Below are positions 1 to 16,075 of a stretch of 64,000 nt of DNA, piece after piece (positions within the stretch are counted from its first letter, which is position 1; each line of letters opens with the position of its first letter). A model generated the notes under the pieces. That model ran no database searches. It saw only the letters and a list, made by a program, of their open reading frames with translations, and was not told the DNA's origin. Origin of the DNA: Auanema rhodensis (Eukaryota > Animalia > Nematoda); assembly GCA_964057225.1 (NCBI GenBank), contig OZ059898.1, positions 9,114,001 through 9,178,000 of the forward strand. Reading direction: 5' to 3'. The position numbers were made by a program, and so were the translations under genes.

Positions 1-2458
1 AAGAAAAAAAGGTAAATTAGAATCAGCCAAATAAGCCACAAAAATAAGCTTAGAAATGTCACAATACTTTTATTATACAAACGAAAAATAAATGTGATGT
101 TCTGATATTATTTCATAATATAATATTTTCTCAGAACAAACTTTGTGCTATTTAGAGTCTGTCAAGCGTAGCTAAAATTTTAAATAAAAAGAAAATGTCC
201 ATTCAGACTTAAAATGAGGAAAGGTTTTGAACAAGATTTCTAATGTGGGGGTGTAAGGCTGCTGGGGGTTGTTACTGCTGTTGTTTGATTAAACAAGATA
301 CTGCACCAAACAATCAAATACCTTAACACATTTTAAATAAGAAAACAACATAAATTCAATAATATGCACTGAAAACTGTAAAATTAAACGGTATTCGTTT
401 TTGAAAATAAAAGAGACTGATAGAAGAAACGTAAAAGAGATGGGGTGCCGGTTGCTTTCGGTCGGTCCGAGGCCGTCGAAGCGATAGACGCAGGGGCGGT
501 ATGAGAGACCACTCTGTTTTCTCTAGATACTACCCCAACAATCAATGAAGCCAAGCATCCATCTCACAGAACAGGACAATTTCAGGACAACCGTGTCCCT
601 CTCAAGAAATTCTCTACATATTTCTTTCTTTTGTGTTCTCTTTGAATAGTTTTCATATTTATAGTAGAACGAACATATCTGTTATTTATCATTTCAACAC
701 TTTACGTGAAGAAATATGCAATTCTGATATAGCACCGGTGAAATCAAAAAATTTAATGGAATTTCGTATATATAAAGCAATTTGTTCACTCTGCTGTATG
801 ATTATTCAAAACAGACATCACAAGAAAATTCCTAGTTACTCACTTCACTTGTCTGCGTGTCTGCTGCGGTGATACACTCGATCGGTAGTCCAGTGCATAT
901 AACAGGCCTAGCTGAATAAGGCAAGAGAAGAGTAGACACAGCGCACAGCAAAATTGGTTTCTTCACGAATAGGTCACTGCCCATTTGGCCATCTCTTTCC
1001 TCATTCTTCTTCTACTGGTCCTTCTCATTCTTTTAGCATACCCACAACCATTACTAAAGGCGCGAGAGACAGGGAATGAAGGAGACAGAGAACGAGGGTG
1101 ATGAGAGGAACGAATTATGTTAGTTTCTCTCTCTTTCTCTCCCTCTCTCGCATCCTCTGACCCTTCGTTTTCTGTGATTCAACCTACAGCTGATCTTCTT
1201 CAAACAGAAAATGGGGATTAAGAAGCGGCTTGCGGATTTTCACTTTAAATCGTATTTCTTTTCTTAGATACATTCATTCAACTTCAACTTAACCAATTCT
1301 TCATCTGAATATGCTTATGTTGTTGTTAATATGAATTCTTGTTATTCTCAATTCACTAGAACAATAATAGGGATGATGGCCAGTAAACCTTATGAAATTT
1401 ATGCTTCAACTGCTTCGTAGCATAAGATTCACGCATATATCTATACTATTTAGATATAGAATAGTCATATATGACTCATAGCGTGCTGAGAAACTCAAAG
1501 AGTATCTGTAAACTACATAATAAGATACACGGAGATAGCAATAACAATCAGAAAATAATGCAACAGCGTGAAATCACAACGATAAACTTTCCTTCGTAAT
1601 TGACAGTTCTAGTTATCAAATTATTGTTCTACATTTTTAACAAAATTATAAATTGTTTAGTTAAATGAATGAACACAAATATAAAGAGAGCACCAGATGT
1701 TACAGAAATAAGACAGTTGAAGACTAAAGATGAGTAACGTATAGCAGAGTCGGTATGATAGGATAGCTAGGGAGAGAAAGGGAGAGGGTCAGCGAAGACA
1801 CATACTTCTTAGTAATCCGATATCTTCTCTGCTGAAGTACAAAATCTTTTCCTAGCATTAATGAAGTTAGTGTATTATTGGAGATATAGAAAAAATTGAA
1901 AAAACAAACAAATTATTGTTAAAATATACACGACGCATGAATGATTTCATAACCAAAAGTAAGCTCTTATGTTGAGAATGTGGGTTTTTACTTAGGAAAC
2001 ACATAATGATTTATGAAAGTTTTTTTCGAGCTAGTAAAAAGCGAGATAAGAAGCGATCTCATATCAAGATAACCAAGAGAAAATGTAACAAACGGAAATA
2101 AAGATAAATTATACTTTAAAAAAAATGGAAGCAGCTAACAAGAAAATAATTAAGAATAACAAGAATATTGAAATTTCAAATTTTTTTTTAAAATGCAGTG
2201 AGTCTATAAATTGAATGTTTTAAACATTTATTGTAAAACAAATACTATGATCCCCTCCCTCCCAAAAGTAGAATAGTCTTCTTCACACAATGGTTTAAAT
2301 CATTTAATAATCTGTAGCCTATTTCTTCTAGTTAGGATAATTATACGGGGAAAATATTTTAGTAGCTTATAATACTTGCTTGGAAACGGAACTGGACCTA
2401 AATTTGTCTTGGCAACGTTGAATGTTCGAATTACCATCTTTAGTGACATGTAGAAAAC

Positions 2459-5400
2459 ATGAGGTTTAACGTTTACACCAACAAAACTATACATTTTTCT
2501 CTCCATATTCTGCTACTGTTTAGCATTTTGATATTATCAGAACAACGTAAGTCTGTTATATTATATAGAGTTTTGTTATTAATAATGTAAAAACAATAAT
2601 AATTGTGGATATAAAAGCTCTTACTATATTATCAATGAAAATAATTTTACGATATCAGATGTGATTAAGATAATATACTAATTTATTGAATGATAATTTG
2701 TTAATCATTTATACACATTAGTATGTAAATTAATCTTAATGAATAAAAAATATTTGAAAATATGTAGATTATATGCAATATTGTAGTATATTGAATTCAG
2801 TGATAAATACATTGTCAGCAGTATTTCAAATTAGGTCATTTCTTCAAGAGTGCGGTCCCGGTCAGCGGTAGTCTATATACCTCTGCACATGATCGTTGAA
2901 TGATGATCAGTATAATAATATCAAAAATTATTTCATATAAACAAGTTCGATTATTCGTTATAGTCAATTTTCAGATTTGCACTGCTCTAGTAAAGAATTT
3001 TTATGTAAAGCCTCATCTCGTTGTATACCGCTCTCATGGCTGTGTGATGGCTCACGAGATTGCAGTGACTCTGCTGATGAGAATCATGAGCATTGCGACC
3101 CTCGATCAGGTCAGGATTATTCCCTTGAGAAAAAAAAACATTTTTTTTGAACTAACAACTTCAATGTCTTAATGATGAGAAGAAATCAAGAATGACAGTC
3201 ACTTCTATTGTTCTTAAGATTATACATATGTGAGCAGGTGAAATGTGAACAACCAAGGTCAATTTAAAGATTGGAAGTGCATTATATGAAATATAAAACT
3301 TGGTTTGAGAAGGGTTTCAAATTTATTATAAAAATGCACACTACCTTGTTATAATATAAATTACCTTATTTAATCAAAAAGTATTGTCAAAATTTCAGAT
3401 AATTCTAGTTGTTTTGGAGATCAACCGGAATGCTTGTATGGTGGGATAAAGCGTTGTATTCTCCATAGATGGTTATGTGACGGTCATAACGTAATATAAC
3501 AACATTTCATTATTAATTGTCCTTTTATTAAAAAAAATTAATGTTATAGGACTGTGATGGTGGCGAAGATGAGCAAAACTGTGAAGACATAGAAGACAGT
3601 TCAAGTACAACAGAATGTGGAGTTGCTCAATTCACGTGAGTTCGATTTTTTTCAAACTGGAAGAGTTAAAAAATAAAAAGTGAGCGAGAAAAATAGTCGA
3701 TGAGAGAGAAGCCAAATTTGGGTGAACATGAGTAAACTCATTTAGAAGAAGGCATAGTGTATATGTATTTGTTTCACACGGAAGAAAAACAAATTATATA
3801 TTTATTTCTATAAAGCAAGTTTACACTAACTATATACATGCAAATGTACACATATTTTATAAAATAGTAATGAATAAAAAATTTTTTTTACCTTTATTTT
3901 GATAGAAATAGAAATGTTTCAAGAACTATACAATGCTTGTGCGAATAACATCACCTCATTCTGTTGAAACTCTTGAAAAACCATTGAACATTATCTTTTT
4001 TTTTGTAGAATAAAGAGAATGATGATGTTTTCGATAGTTCTTACGATTCTGGGACCTAGAACAGACCTGTCATCATTTTCTACATATTTATCATTCGAGA
4101 TCAAACTATATATTCATCTAAAGCAATCCCACCAATTCTCTTCATTAAAATAGTTATATAAGATATATAATGTTGCTAAATAGCTCGGTACCTTAGAGCA
4201 AGAAATCAACATAAGTATAGTATCAATTTCATCCTCTGTTTTTAGATCATTTTTAATATATTAATTTAATAAAATTCTTTAAATTTAAAAATCAAATATT
4301 TTTTAATGAGCTCATTTATAAATTTAAGAGTGGATATATTTTAGATGTAATTCTGGATCATGTATACCATTAGATTTTGTATGCAATAAAATTTCGGATT
4401 GTATGGATGGTTCTGATGAGCTGATATGTGGAAGTGATGAATGGATTAAGCCAGGTCCTCATCCAATCTCTATGATAATTCAATAATTAATTTCAGGAGA
4501 CCATGTTATCACAATTAATTCTAACAATACTATTGAACTTTCACGAAGCAATACAAATAATACGAATAGTAGTCAAGACTATAATGATTATGATTTGATA
4601 GAAAAAACAGAAGAACAAGCTGCTTCTACCACCGAAAGAAATATCAAGTCATCTATATTGTATTCAACACTCTTAGAGACAACAACCCAGTCAACTGATT
4701 TTCAATCTCAAAAAAATTTGACATCATTTACGTACACGTATACTTCAACAGTATCCGATATTTCTAGATCAACTTCCGAAAAATCCTTAATAAAAACAAC
4801 ATCAAAGCCAAATTTAGTTACTAAAAATGTTATGTTTAACTTATTTCCATGGTTAATTACAAATACGCCATCTAATATACCGTCAACTACTGAAATTACA
4901 CCAACAACAACAATTGTTTTCAATTCTACTATCAATCATTTAATTGAGAGCTCAACCTTAAGCGCCTTGGAATCCTTGAAAATAACACGAAATTCTTTTC
5001 CTAAAGCAAAAACGTTTAAGACTCAGCTCCAAAAAACAATAAATGATATAAGTACAACCCGCCCAATTATGAAGAAACTGTATCTCCCAGAAAAATCAGA
5101 TAATTCTCATGAAAAAGTAAACAACGAAACTATAATTTTTAAGAATTCGAATATTAGCCCTAAACCATTGCGTGAAATTGTAAGGCCTGTTCAATTTGTA
5201 AAAGTTTATCAAAACTTTAAAGAGGATTGATCGCAGGTAAGCCTTTGTTACTATTTATTGAAAATAGATTTCTTTATTATTTCAAATTTTCATGTATTCC
5301 AATCAACAATTACTGTAACATATATTTAAGATTTGTATAAATATGTAATTGCAATTATTTGTTTTAAATCTGTTTGAATTAGTTGCTGTTTATGAAATTT

Positions 5401-5552
5401 TTGATAAGCTTTTACTAAGACGTATTTGGCTTTTTATGTACATAAAAGATATGAAAAAATGTATTATACATAGTTAAGCACTCATCAAATCGATTTCTAG
5501 TGCAGCTGATGGAATGTTATCTAAGCCTCATCAACATGACATTTCTTTATAA
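2459..5552 (+). CDS. Secreted protein: signal peptide, 3 LDL-receptor class A repeats, Ser/Thr-rich mucin-like tail
   Basis: Phase-consistent exons 2459-2546, 2835-2867, 2975-3109, 3399-3490, 3550-3635, 4345-4454, 4497-5179, 5223-5236, 5501-5552. LDLa repeats: [87 protein letters not shown]. The 3' end is uncertain (alternative stops at 5230 or 5340). Confidence 0.85.
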
Positions 5553-5673
5553 TTGTGTTTTAAGCGATTCATTAACCCTCGTCCATGAGATATATGTATT
5601 TCGATTTTTTTTAGCTTCAAAAAATATAACTAAATAGACAATATTTCAGTCTTAGTAGGAAAAAGATTTAGTA

Positions 5674-7716
5674 ATGCATTATGTGCCAACAGGTCCTCTC
5701 TCTGCCTTTGATTGTTTTGAAGGAGAAACCATAGTTTTTGATGATATTCGTAATCAAGTAAATAATATTTTGAATTTAAATTGTAGAATATGTACTTTAG
5801 ATAGTTTTGAATCGAGATAATGTAACTAAGAAACTTTATATTAAAGAACGATATTATAGTGAATCATATTACTGGACCAGAATTTTTTTTATCAGCAGGT
5901 ATGCATTTTATGCAAAAAATAATATTTTTTATTTAAAAACTTTCTTTGTTATGCTTTTTAAATTAATATTATTATAAAATAGTTTATAGAGATACCATTT
6001 TGTGTCTCTTAAAATCTCATGCCAATAGAGTATTCTATTTGGTATCTTTTCGTCTTGACAGAGAAGAGCAGAAATGTATTGATCTTGAGCATGTAAAGAC
6101 TGGAGTATACTCTAAAGGATACCATGTGAATCATTTGCAAACACATCCATCATCCTCATACATTTATTTCAGATTGGATCACACAGAGCTGGTAGCCAAA
6201 TAGTGATTAGTATCAGTAATCTGAAAAATATTAATGAAGAAAATGAAGTGATTTTTATAGATTTTATTTCAAAAAAATTATGTAATTCATTGACTTTAGA
6301 AGTCAGCGCTCTCTTCTGAAAACAAATGTTCAAGTTCGGCAATCGCTAGATCACGTTCCGATAGTGATATAGAGTTAGCTCTTTACTCAGAAAAGGTAAC
6401 GTTCGAAACAATTTTTAGAAATACTATTCCAAAAATATGAATTTTTTAACATAAAATAATCATCCCTTTTAACAATCAAACAATCTTGTAATAGCAATAA
6501 TCATTATGTCGGCACAAACCATGTTTCTTCTTTATTCATTTTTGTTCAAAGTCATAGAAAAACTGAAATCTAAACAATTAGCAATCAAGCAGTAATTTGA
6601 CAAATGTTTTTTTTACAGAAAGGGCTTTGTGAAGGAGTAATTCTTGTCGTACAATGTATACCGACTGGAAATATTTCCGGTACTGTTGTAACACTTGGGA
6701 AAGAGAGATTGGGTTTTAAGCTGAGGAGAATGCGAAGCATCAGACAATTCAAGGACATTTTAGGAACGAAGTTTATGACAAGGCAAGTGTTTTCTGTATC
6801 TCAGTCTTCCTTAACATAAAATTTATTTATGAATTGCTTCAAAAAAAGAAGAAATAATACAATGGTCACTATGTATAAAACTTTATTAGTAAAGTGTATT
6901 AAAAACCTTTAAATCTTGATTGATATTGATATTCCGTTGTTATTCATATCAGATTGTTCAGATGGACTTCATCGACAGATGATATTTTATGCGAACCTAT
7001 TCTATGTGGTGATGTAGCTTTGCTACTTTCAAGATCTGATCCATCATCATGCTATGTAATGAAGACTGTATTGGGTCCATCTCATAGTATTGGAACCTCT
7101 CTCGTAAATGCGTTCACAAATCGGCTTCGGTTACTTATTCATCACTACTTATTAAATAATAAATTTTAGAACATCAACGAGTGAAATTGATCCTACACTT
7201 GTTGATATCACTGGTGTTCCTCCAGATACACAACATATATGGAGCAATGTAGATGTTGTGAATGGGTTTCCAGTTGTTTTAACAATTGTAAGTGATTCCA
7301 ATTAATACGTAGAACATTCGGAGGGATTACGCTGATTTTACATAATATTACTTGAACATTTCCCGTCGGAGCTGATTGGAAAATCAAATAATCAGTAGTT
7401 CATTAAATAATGAAATTCAAAGAATTTTAGGATATAAAAGTACATTTCATAATTTCATTTTATCTTTTTCTTAATTTAGGCACCGGATACAGGATATTCT
7501 CAGATATTCGTATTAAAACAGCAAGGAGCTGTAATTAAGCACTATCATTGGTCAAAATATGATGTTGAGTTGAAAATGGTGTCGACTTCTCGCATATCTC
7601 ACATATTTATTAGAACAATAATGATTGATTATATCTGTCATTTAACCGTCAGAGCTTACAAATTAGAAAATGAATCGACTAAATCTATTATTGAACATTT
7701 AACTATAAATATATAG
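5674..7716 (+). CDS. Multi-exon protein of unknown function (~400 aa, beta-strand-like segments)
   Basis: ATG 25 nt after TTTCAG (5649). Coding-like exons include ORF fragments 6000-6203, 6604-6819 and 6954-7169. Last exon 7480-7716 is open to TAG. No family recognised. Confidence 0.7.
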
Positions 7717-8082
7717 ATAATTTTTCACAACTTATCTGTTTTTTTTATAATTCATGAGCTTGTAAGAAATAATAAATTATTTTCATATATATATATATAT
7801 AAGTTCATTTTTAATATTTATTCCAATTTTGGCATATTAATGAAGAATTAACGAGGTCAATTTAAAGCTTTGATGATTCACTCTCTTTACTAGTTGCACG
7901 CTGTTTACGGCATTACAATGAACCCTGTGCTAATTGACATATTTAGCCACGCCTTTTTTCATATAATTTTAATAAAATACTATACAAAATATTATAAAAG
8001 AGAAGCTAAGACACTTTTTTTTTTTGATTTTCGATTTATCGATTGTTTAATCTGATCGTAATTATATATAAAATTTTAGTAA

Positions 8083-10887
<2,805 letters not shown>

Positions 10888-11587
10888 ATAGATAAGTTTA
10901 TAATTTAATATTCTCCATGCTGGAATTAGTTTTCAAACTCACGTTTGTGAGCCATTAGAACTTGGGTTTCCGATGGGTATTCTATAAAATCTGCAAACGA
11001 TTTTTTAGGCAAAATTTAGTCAGAACTGTGTTATTAATGTGTTATACTTTCATACTCAATTCTCTTGTTCAAAGTGCTTTTACTACCTGTACATAAGCTG
11101 TACTATATTTATTCTGGTGTGCATATTATATTTTAATACCTAACATTTTTTTTCTATTTATCCTAAATTTCTCTACATTATTTTAATAAAGATAGTGTCA
11201 AATGTGTTATCAAAGAGAGACATTGAAACGTTGATAACGTTCACCTAGTACTTTTTGTTTTTTTTTATAGTCGTATTTCTCGTCGTTAATTTGGCTTATT
11301 TATACATTTTTTATTTTTTTTAGTCCTCAATTTTTCATTTTCTCATATACTGATTAATACCATTCTTAGCATTCTTTTTAACTATTTCTAATGACTTCTT
11401 ATTGTGTAACATTCTCATGGCGTAGGACAAAGTCCAATTCTTGAAAAGCCTGTCTCTTATCATTCATATCAATGATGTTTTGTCAATCAGTATTGTGTTT
11501 CCTACTCTTGTGCGCCTACCATCTAAAGAATTTGCTATAATGCGAATGAAATTCAGGAAAAGGATTCGTGTCGCATGCAATGATATT

Positions 11588-14504
11588 ATGAAGAGTGCTA
11601 ATACTCAGTTTGTAAGTGAGGTTCAGTTTTATATATTATTTTTTGTTTTTGAATATTTTTTCTCAGTTCTCTTCACATGACGGAGATCGAAGTAGCGTTC
11701 GATCTTCAGACGATGGAGCTAGTGGATCCCCAAATGGTGGAGATGAGAGAGAACGAGCCAAATTGTATAATAAAAGAGATGATGTGATGGAACGACTCAA
11801 AAAGGTTAATTTAGAAATGTCAGGTAAGGTCGTTGTGTACTTTTTGTTCGCTCATCACTTATCTAGGAAATGTTGAAGAGTTCTTGTCTCTAACTAAGGA
11901 GGCTGAAGCACAACGAGGTGTAGACAATCCGCAAATGACTAGAATAAGGCAACAATTTGAGAAGAAGAATAGAAAGCATACTCATGAGACCGAATTCCTC
12001 AAAGTAATATTCGTATTGTTATGGTTTTTTGGAACACCTTTCTTTCAGAAAAAGTTGAATAGATATGAGCAACGTTTGGTAGAACTTGATAACGGTTGTA
12101 ACGACAGTAACGGACGCATTAATCCAATGGCGAGTGTTGGCCAGGGAATGAGGTTAGTTGTGTAACACTTTTTGAAAATTTTATTTATATTTCTCATATT
12201 AAAATTACAAGTCGAACTCTATACCTGTTTGGTTTATGATCTGGTTCACAACTAAATTTACTATTTATTATAATCATTAACTTGTTTATTTTTACAGAAG
12301 AACAGGTGCGCATATCAAAGGTATGACGGAGACGATGGTAGCAGCCCCAATTGAGTTGGCACATCGGATAAAAAGCACGTTTGGCTCTGCTGATAACGTA
12401 AACGAAGCTCCCGGTTAGTATTGTTTTTTTTCTGATTGAATGACTACACTAGCACATTTTTATTCTTTGTTAATCACTTTTTCAAAGACATCTTAATATC
12501 AGTTTTCAAAGTAATTTTGTACATAAGTATGTGACGATTGCTAAAGTTGTTGCCAATGGAGCAAATTTAGAAACGGAACTGTTGTTACAATAATCTCCTT
12601 TGCAGCAACATGTAATAATATTCAGATTATTGTCATTTGAAGCGTAGCAACCCTCTCTCTGAAGAGAAATGTATCTTTCACAATACTGAATTTTTTATTA
12701 CCTGACAAATGCCTTGAGTTTTGGTATTCCCTTCCGAAGCACAGTAATAGTTCATTTGTACTGGATATCCAGAATTTGAAAGTAAAGGATTGGTTTTAGC
12801 TTGCCTGAAATAATCCACTATAATTTTTTTTTGAATTTAAGAATAACCAAGCGCAGTAATCATATCCAACTCCGCAGTTAATTTTTTCAACAGTAGTGCT
12901 TTGAAGCTGTTGATTGTCATACTCTTGAGTTCCTATAAGAATTATTTTTTAATAAGAGGGCAAGAGTTATATATACCTGAATGACAGTTGAGCGAATAAG
13001 CTATTGGAGTAAAGATACAAAAAGAAACTAGAATTAGAACCTTTGAAGAGTCGACCATCGCGTATGACAAAACGCACCGAATATGGACTAACTCAAGTCT
13101 CAACGATTATTTATTTGGAGGTTTCTCCATGATTCAGATTATAATCTTTCTTGAGTCTATTGGCAAATCTTAGTCATTATCCAAGGTCTAAATAAGAAAA
13201 AAAAGCAAATACGAACTTTTGTCACCTCACCATGATCAAATAAAAATACATGTTCACAGAATTTAGTTCATTCTAAAGTATAATATTCAGAAAAAGATAA
13301 TATTTTATTAAGTTATGACAAAAGCTAATTTGATCAAATGATATTCATTTTTTGACTATTTTCAGTCTTGGGAGATGATTCACGCGTAGGCCAGAGTGTA
13401 TTTTATGCGAGTTCAGAACATGGGAGTACACAGTATGATTCTATTTTTTTAAAATATATCAGCTGAATATTTTGTTTAGTAATTCGGCTAAGGCTAAATC
13501 TTCGACTCTGCCTCCAGGAATTAAAATGGATTTGTCATCACCTTCTCCTTCGGTCCAGAGGAATCAAACTAATCAAATGAACGAGAGTAATATGGTAACA
13601 ACCCTCTAATATTGAGCTCAATATCTCGGGTATTTCTTGCAGTCTCTGCCTTATCAGTCAATGGATCCTATATTCACATCCACCCCAAGTCATGGTGATG
13701 GTGTAGATGATCAGATGAGAGGTATGAACTCTCGATTGAATAAAGTAGAGGATATGCTAGAACAAATTACGGTACTATTTGATTATTTTCGTATTCATTC
13801 ACTTCATATTTAATCAGGCTGTATACAAAACTGAGGTCGCAGATATTACTCGTGCTTTAGATGAAGAAAAGTTCAAAAACAAGGTGGAATATTCATGTTT
13901 TTTTTATTGTTTAACACTCTTCTTTAGAAACTCGAAGATCTACTTAATGAAACAATTGAGTTGCATCAAGCTGAGTTTTTGAGCTTAAAACAAGAACAAA
14001 AGAACATTGCTAATAGACTGGATTACCAATATAATGATCGATTTCGCCAAGTGGAAGAAAACGTAGAAAATGTGCAAAATCAAGTACGTTTTATCATTTA
14101 GTGGCTAAATAACTAAGCATTTTTTAATTTAGATGTGTAGATTGGAAAATTCAATCAAACAAACTCTGGACGTACGATTGGCTGGCACCGATTGGGGTAA
14201 TTCCATACTTCTTTCTGCTGTGAACATTTTGGTAAAGACTATGTGTAATTGCTCAATAATAATAATTAATTATTAGGTTGAAGTTCTTCGTCTTTCCTTA
14301 TATCTAGTCGCTACTGTACTCGATGTGATCAGGCCTTTTACAGGCTCAAGGTAAATATCTGATTCATTATAGTGCTATTTTTTTTTCAGAAATCGTGCTG
14401 GTGCCTTGTTGATAATCGTTGTTCTAATATTCTTTGTGATTAACTACGCTGACATATTTTCGTTATTCCGTAAAAGGCAGCAAATTACTCCCAAAGAATT
14501 ATGA
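11588..14504 (+). CDS. tmcc-1: Transmembrane and coiled-coil domain protein (TMCC/TEX28 family)
   Basis: RIRQQFEKKNRK..KKLNRYEQRL and LDEEKFKNKKLEDLLNETIELHQAEFLSLKQE..RLDYQYNDRFR match TMCC coiled coils, followed by two C-terminal hydrophobic helices. Stop at 14502-14504. The start may extend upstream (~11417). Confidence 0.92.
12506..13058 (-). CDS. Nested 140-aa three-finger (Ly6/uPAR/ET-module-like) protein with GPI-type tail
   Basis: Exons 13058-12977, 12932-12848, 12804-12702, 12658-12506 with canonical GT-AG introns of 43-44 nt. Protein: MVDSSKVLILVSFCIFTPIAYS-LNCHSG..INCGVGYDYCAW..YYCASEG..GICQREGCY..TCCCKGDYCNNSS-hydrophobic tail. 10 Cys in the mature domain. Confidence 0.9.
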
Positions 14505-16075
14505 TGTGTCATTACGGATCCCGCCTTATGTATAAAAGTATATGATTAGTTAGCAGTGTTACCTTTAAACACTGTTGTCATTCTCTTGAATTTGTCTTGA
14601 GCCTAAATTTTGCGCCTTCCTGATATTGGACCGTATACGGTTGCAGGGTACTGTCTTTTATGAAAAGTTTTTCCCAGTCATTCCTCTCAGTTATTGTAGT
14701 GATTGTCAAATTTTGCAGGGAGAAGTTAAGTTTTCAGTTTGCTTCTTAAAATACGAGACGTTTCCCATGATATTGAAGATATGACCAAACGATTTGCATG
14801 AAACGACGCGTCCTATTTTGATTATTGAATAATCTTAAGGCTTGTTAGTCCTCATATTTAAACGATTTCCTCATGACTGGCACGGGTTCCTTTTTTTATG
14901 CTGTCTATTAATGCATACTGATGTTATTTCTCGAACTTAATTTTCTAACTAAAAGTTTTATTTAATTAGTTGCTACTTTACAACGCTAAGCAATAGTTAT
15001 AAATTGACATTTCTGGCTTTATCGTGTACATTTTGCAAATATATAATGACCGTTTTGTGCTTTGCTGGAGTGTAAATTCCTTTGATTCTCGATGGGTTTG
15101 TGCTGAATAAATTTTTATTTCAGTCTTTGTTATTGCATTCGAATTTCGTAGGTGGTATCTTTAGGTAATTTTCAAAATTAAAATGGTATTTGTGTATTTG
15201 GTTTATAAAAGTAATTTATTTGTTTTGTTCTGTCATACAACCTTTCATTAAAACACTTCATTTATTTAGTTCTATCTATACTATTGCTTTCTTAATAAAT
15301 ATAAATCATTTATCAAACTTTCTGCCTATTTGTTATTTTCAACTTTTCAGTTTCTACGGAAACACTTAATAGTAGTTTTTGACAAGTAAAATAACAAAAT
15401 TATGAACATGATATTTATCATTGTATAGATTCTTGGCGTAAATATTTACTAACTTTCTGTTTTGGTTTGAAACTTAATTAAATAAAATGTGGGCGAATGT
15501 ATTTTAGGTGGAAGATGGGGACAAATAAATGTAACTGTATTCATATTAAATTGTAGTGATCTTTCATAATATCGGTATAAAATGACATTTCTTGTATTTT
15601 GTACATTTTACAAATATAAATAAATTAGATTGCCCTATTTTAAATCATAACATTCAGAATTCTTAGAATGTATTTTAAAAAGTTAATGTTTAGGGAATAG
15701 AATCTGAGTTGAATTGTTTGTAATAATGATCTATTTGATAAGTTTTTATTTTTATTTCATATTATACAATACTATCTGTAAAAGACAGAAATTAACACAA
15801 TGAAAGTGGCAGGCATAGTATGTAAAAGCGAGAATATTAAGTCCCGTAGCGACAAAGATTTCATCCTTCTTGCTATTTTAGGCAAGATAATAATTATTAA
15901 AGAAATAGGATGAGATATCTGAGAAAAAGAACGAACATTGGTGAAACATGAAGAAAAGAAACAGATAAAAATGGCATATTTGGCTTTAATTTTGAGAACT
16001 AAACAAAAACTCGATCGGATGTCATGGTAAAAGAGAAACTTATTTCAATTATTATACAAAATTCTGTAAATATAT

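Noticed and set aside
7290-7382. Intronic C/D snoRNA candidate (two CTGA, TCCAAT/ATTGGA stem)
   Set aside because: No box C at the expected position and no convincing guide.
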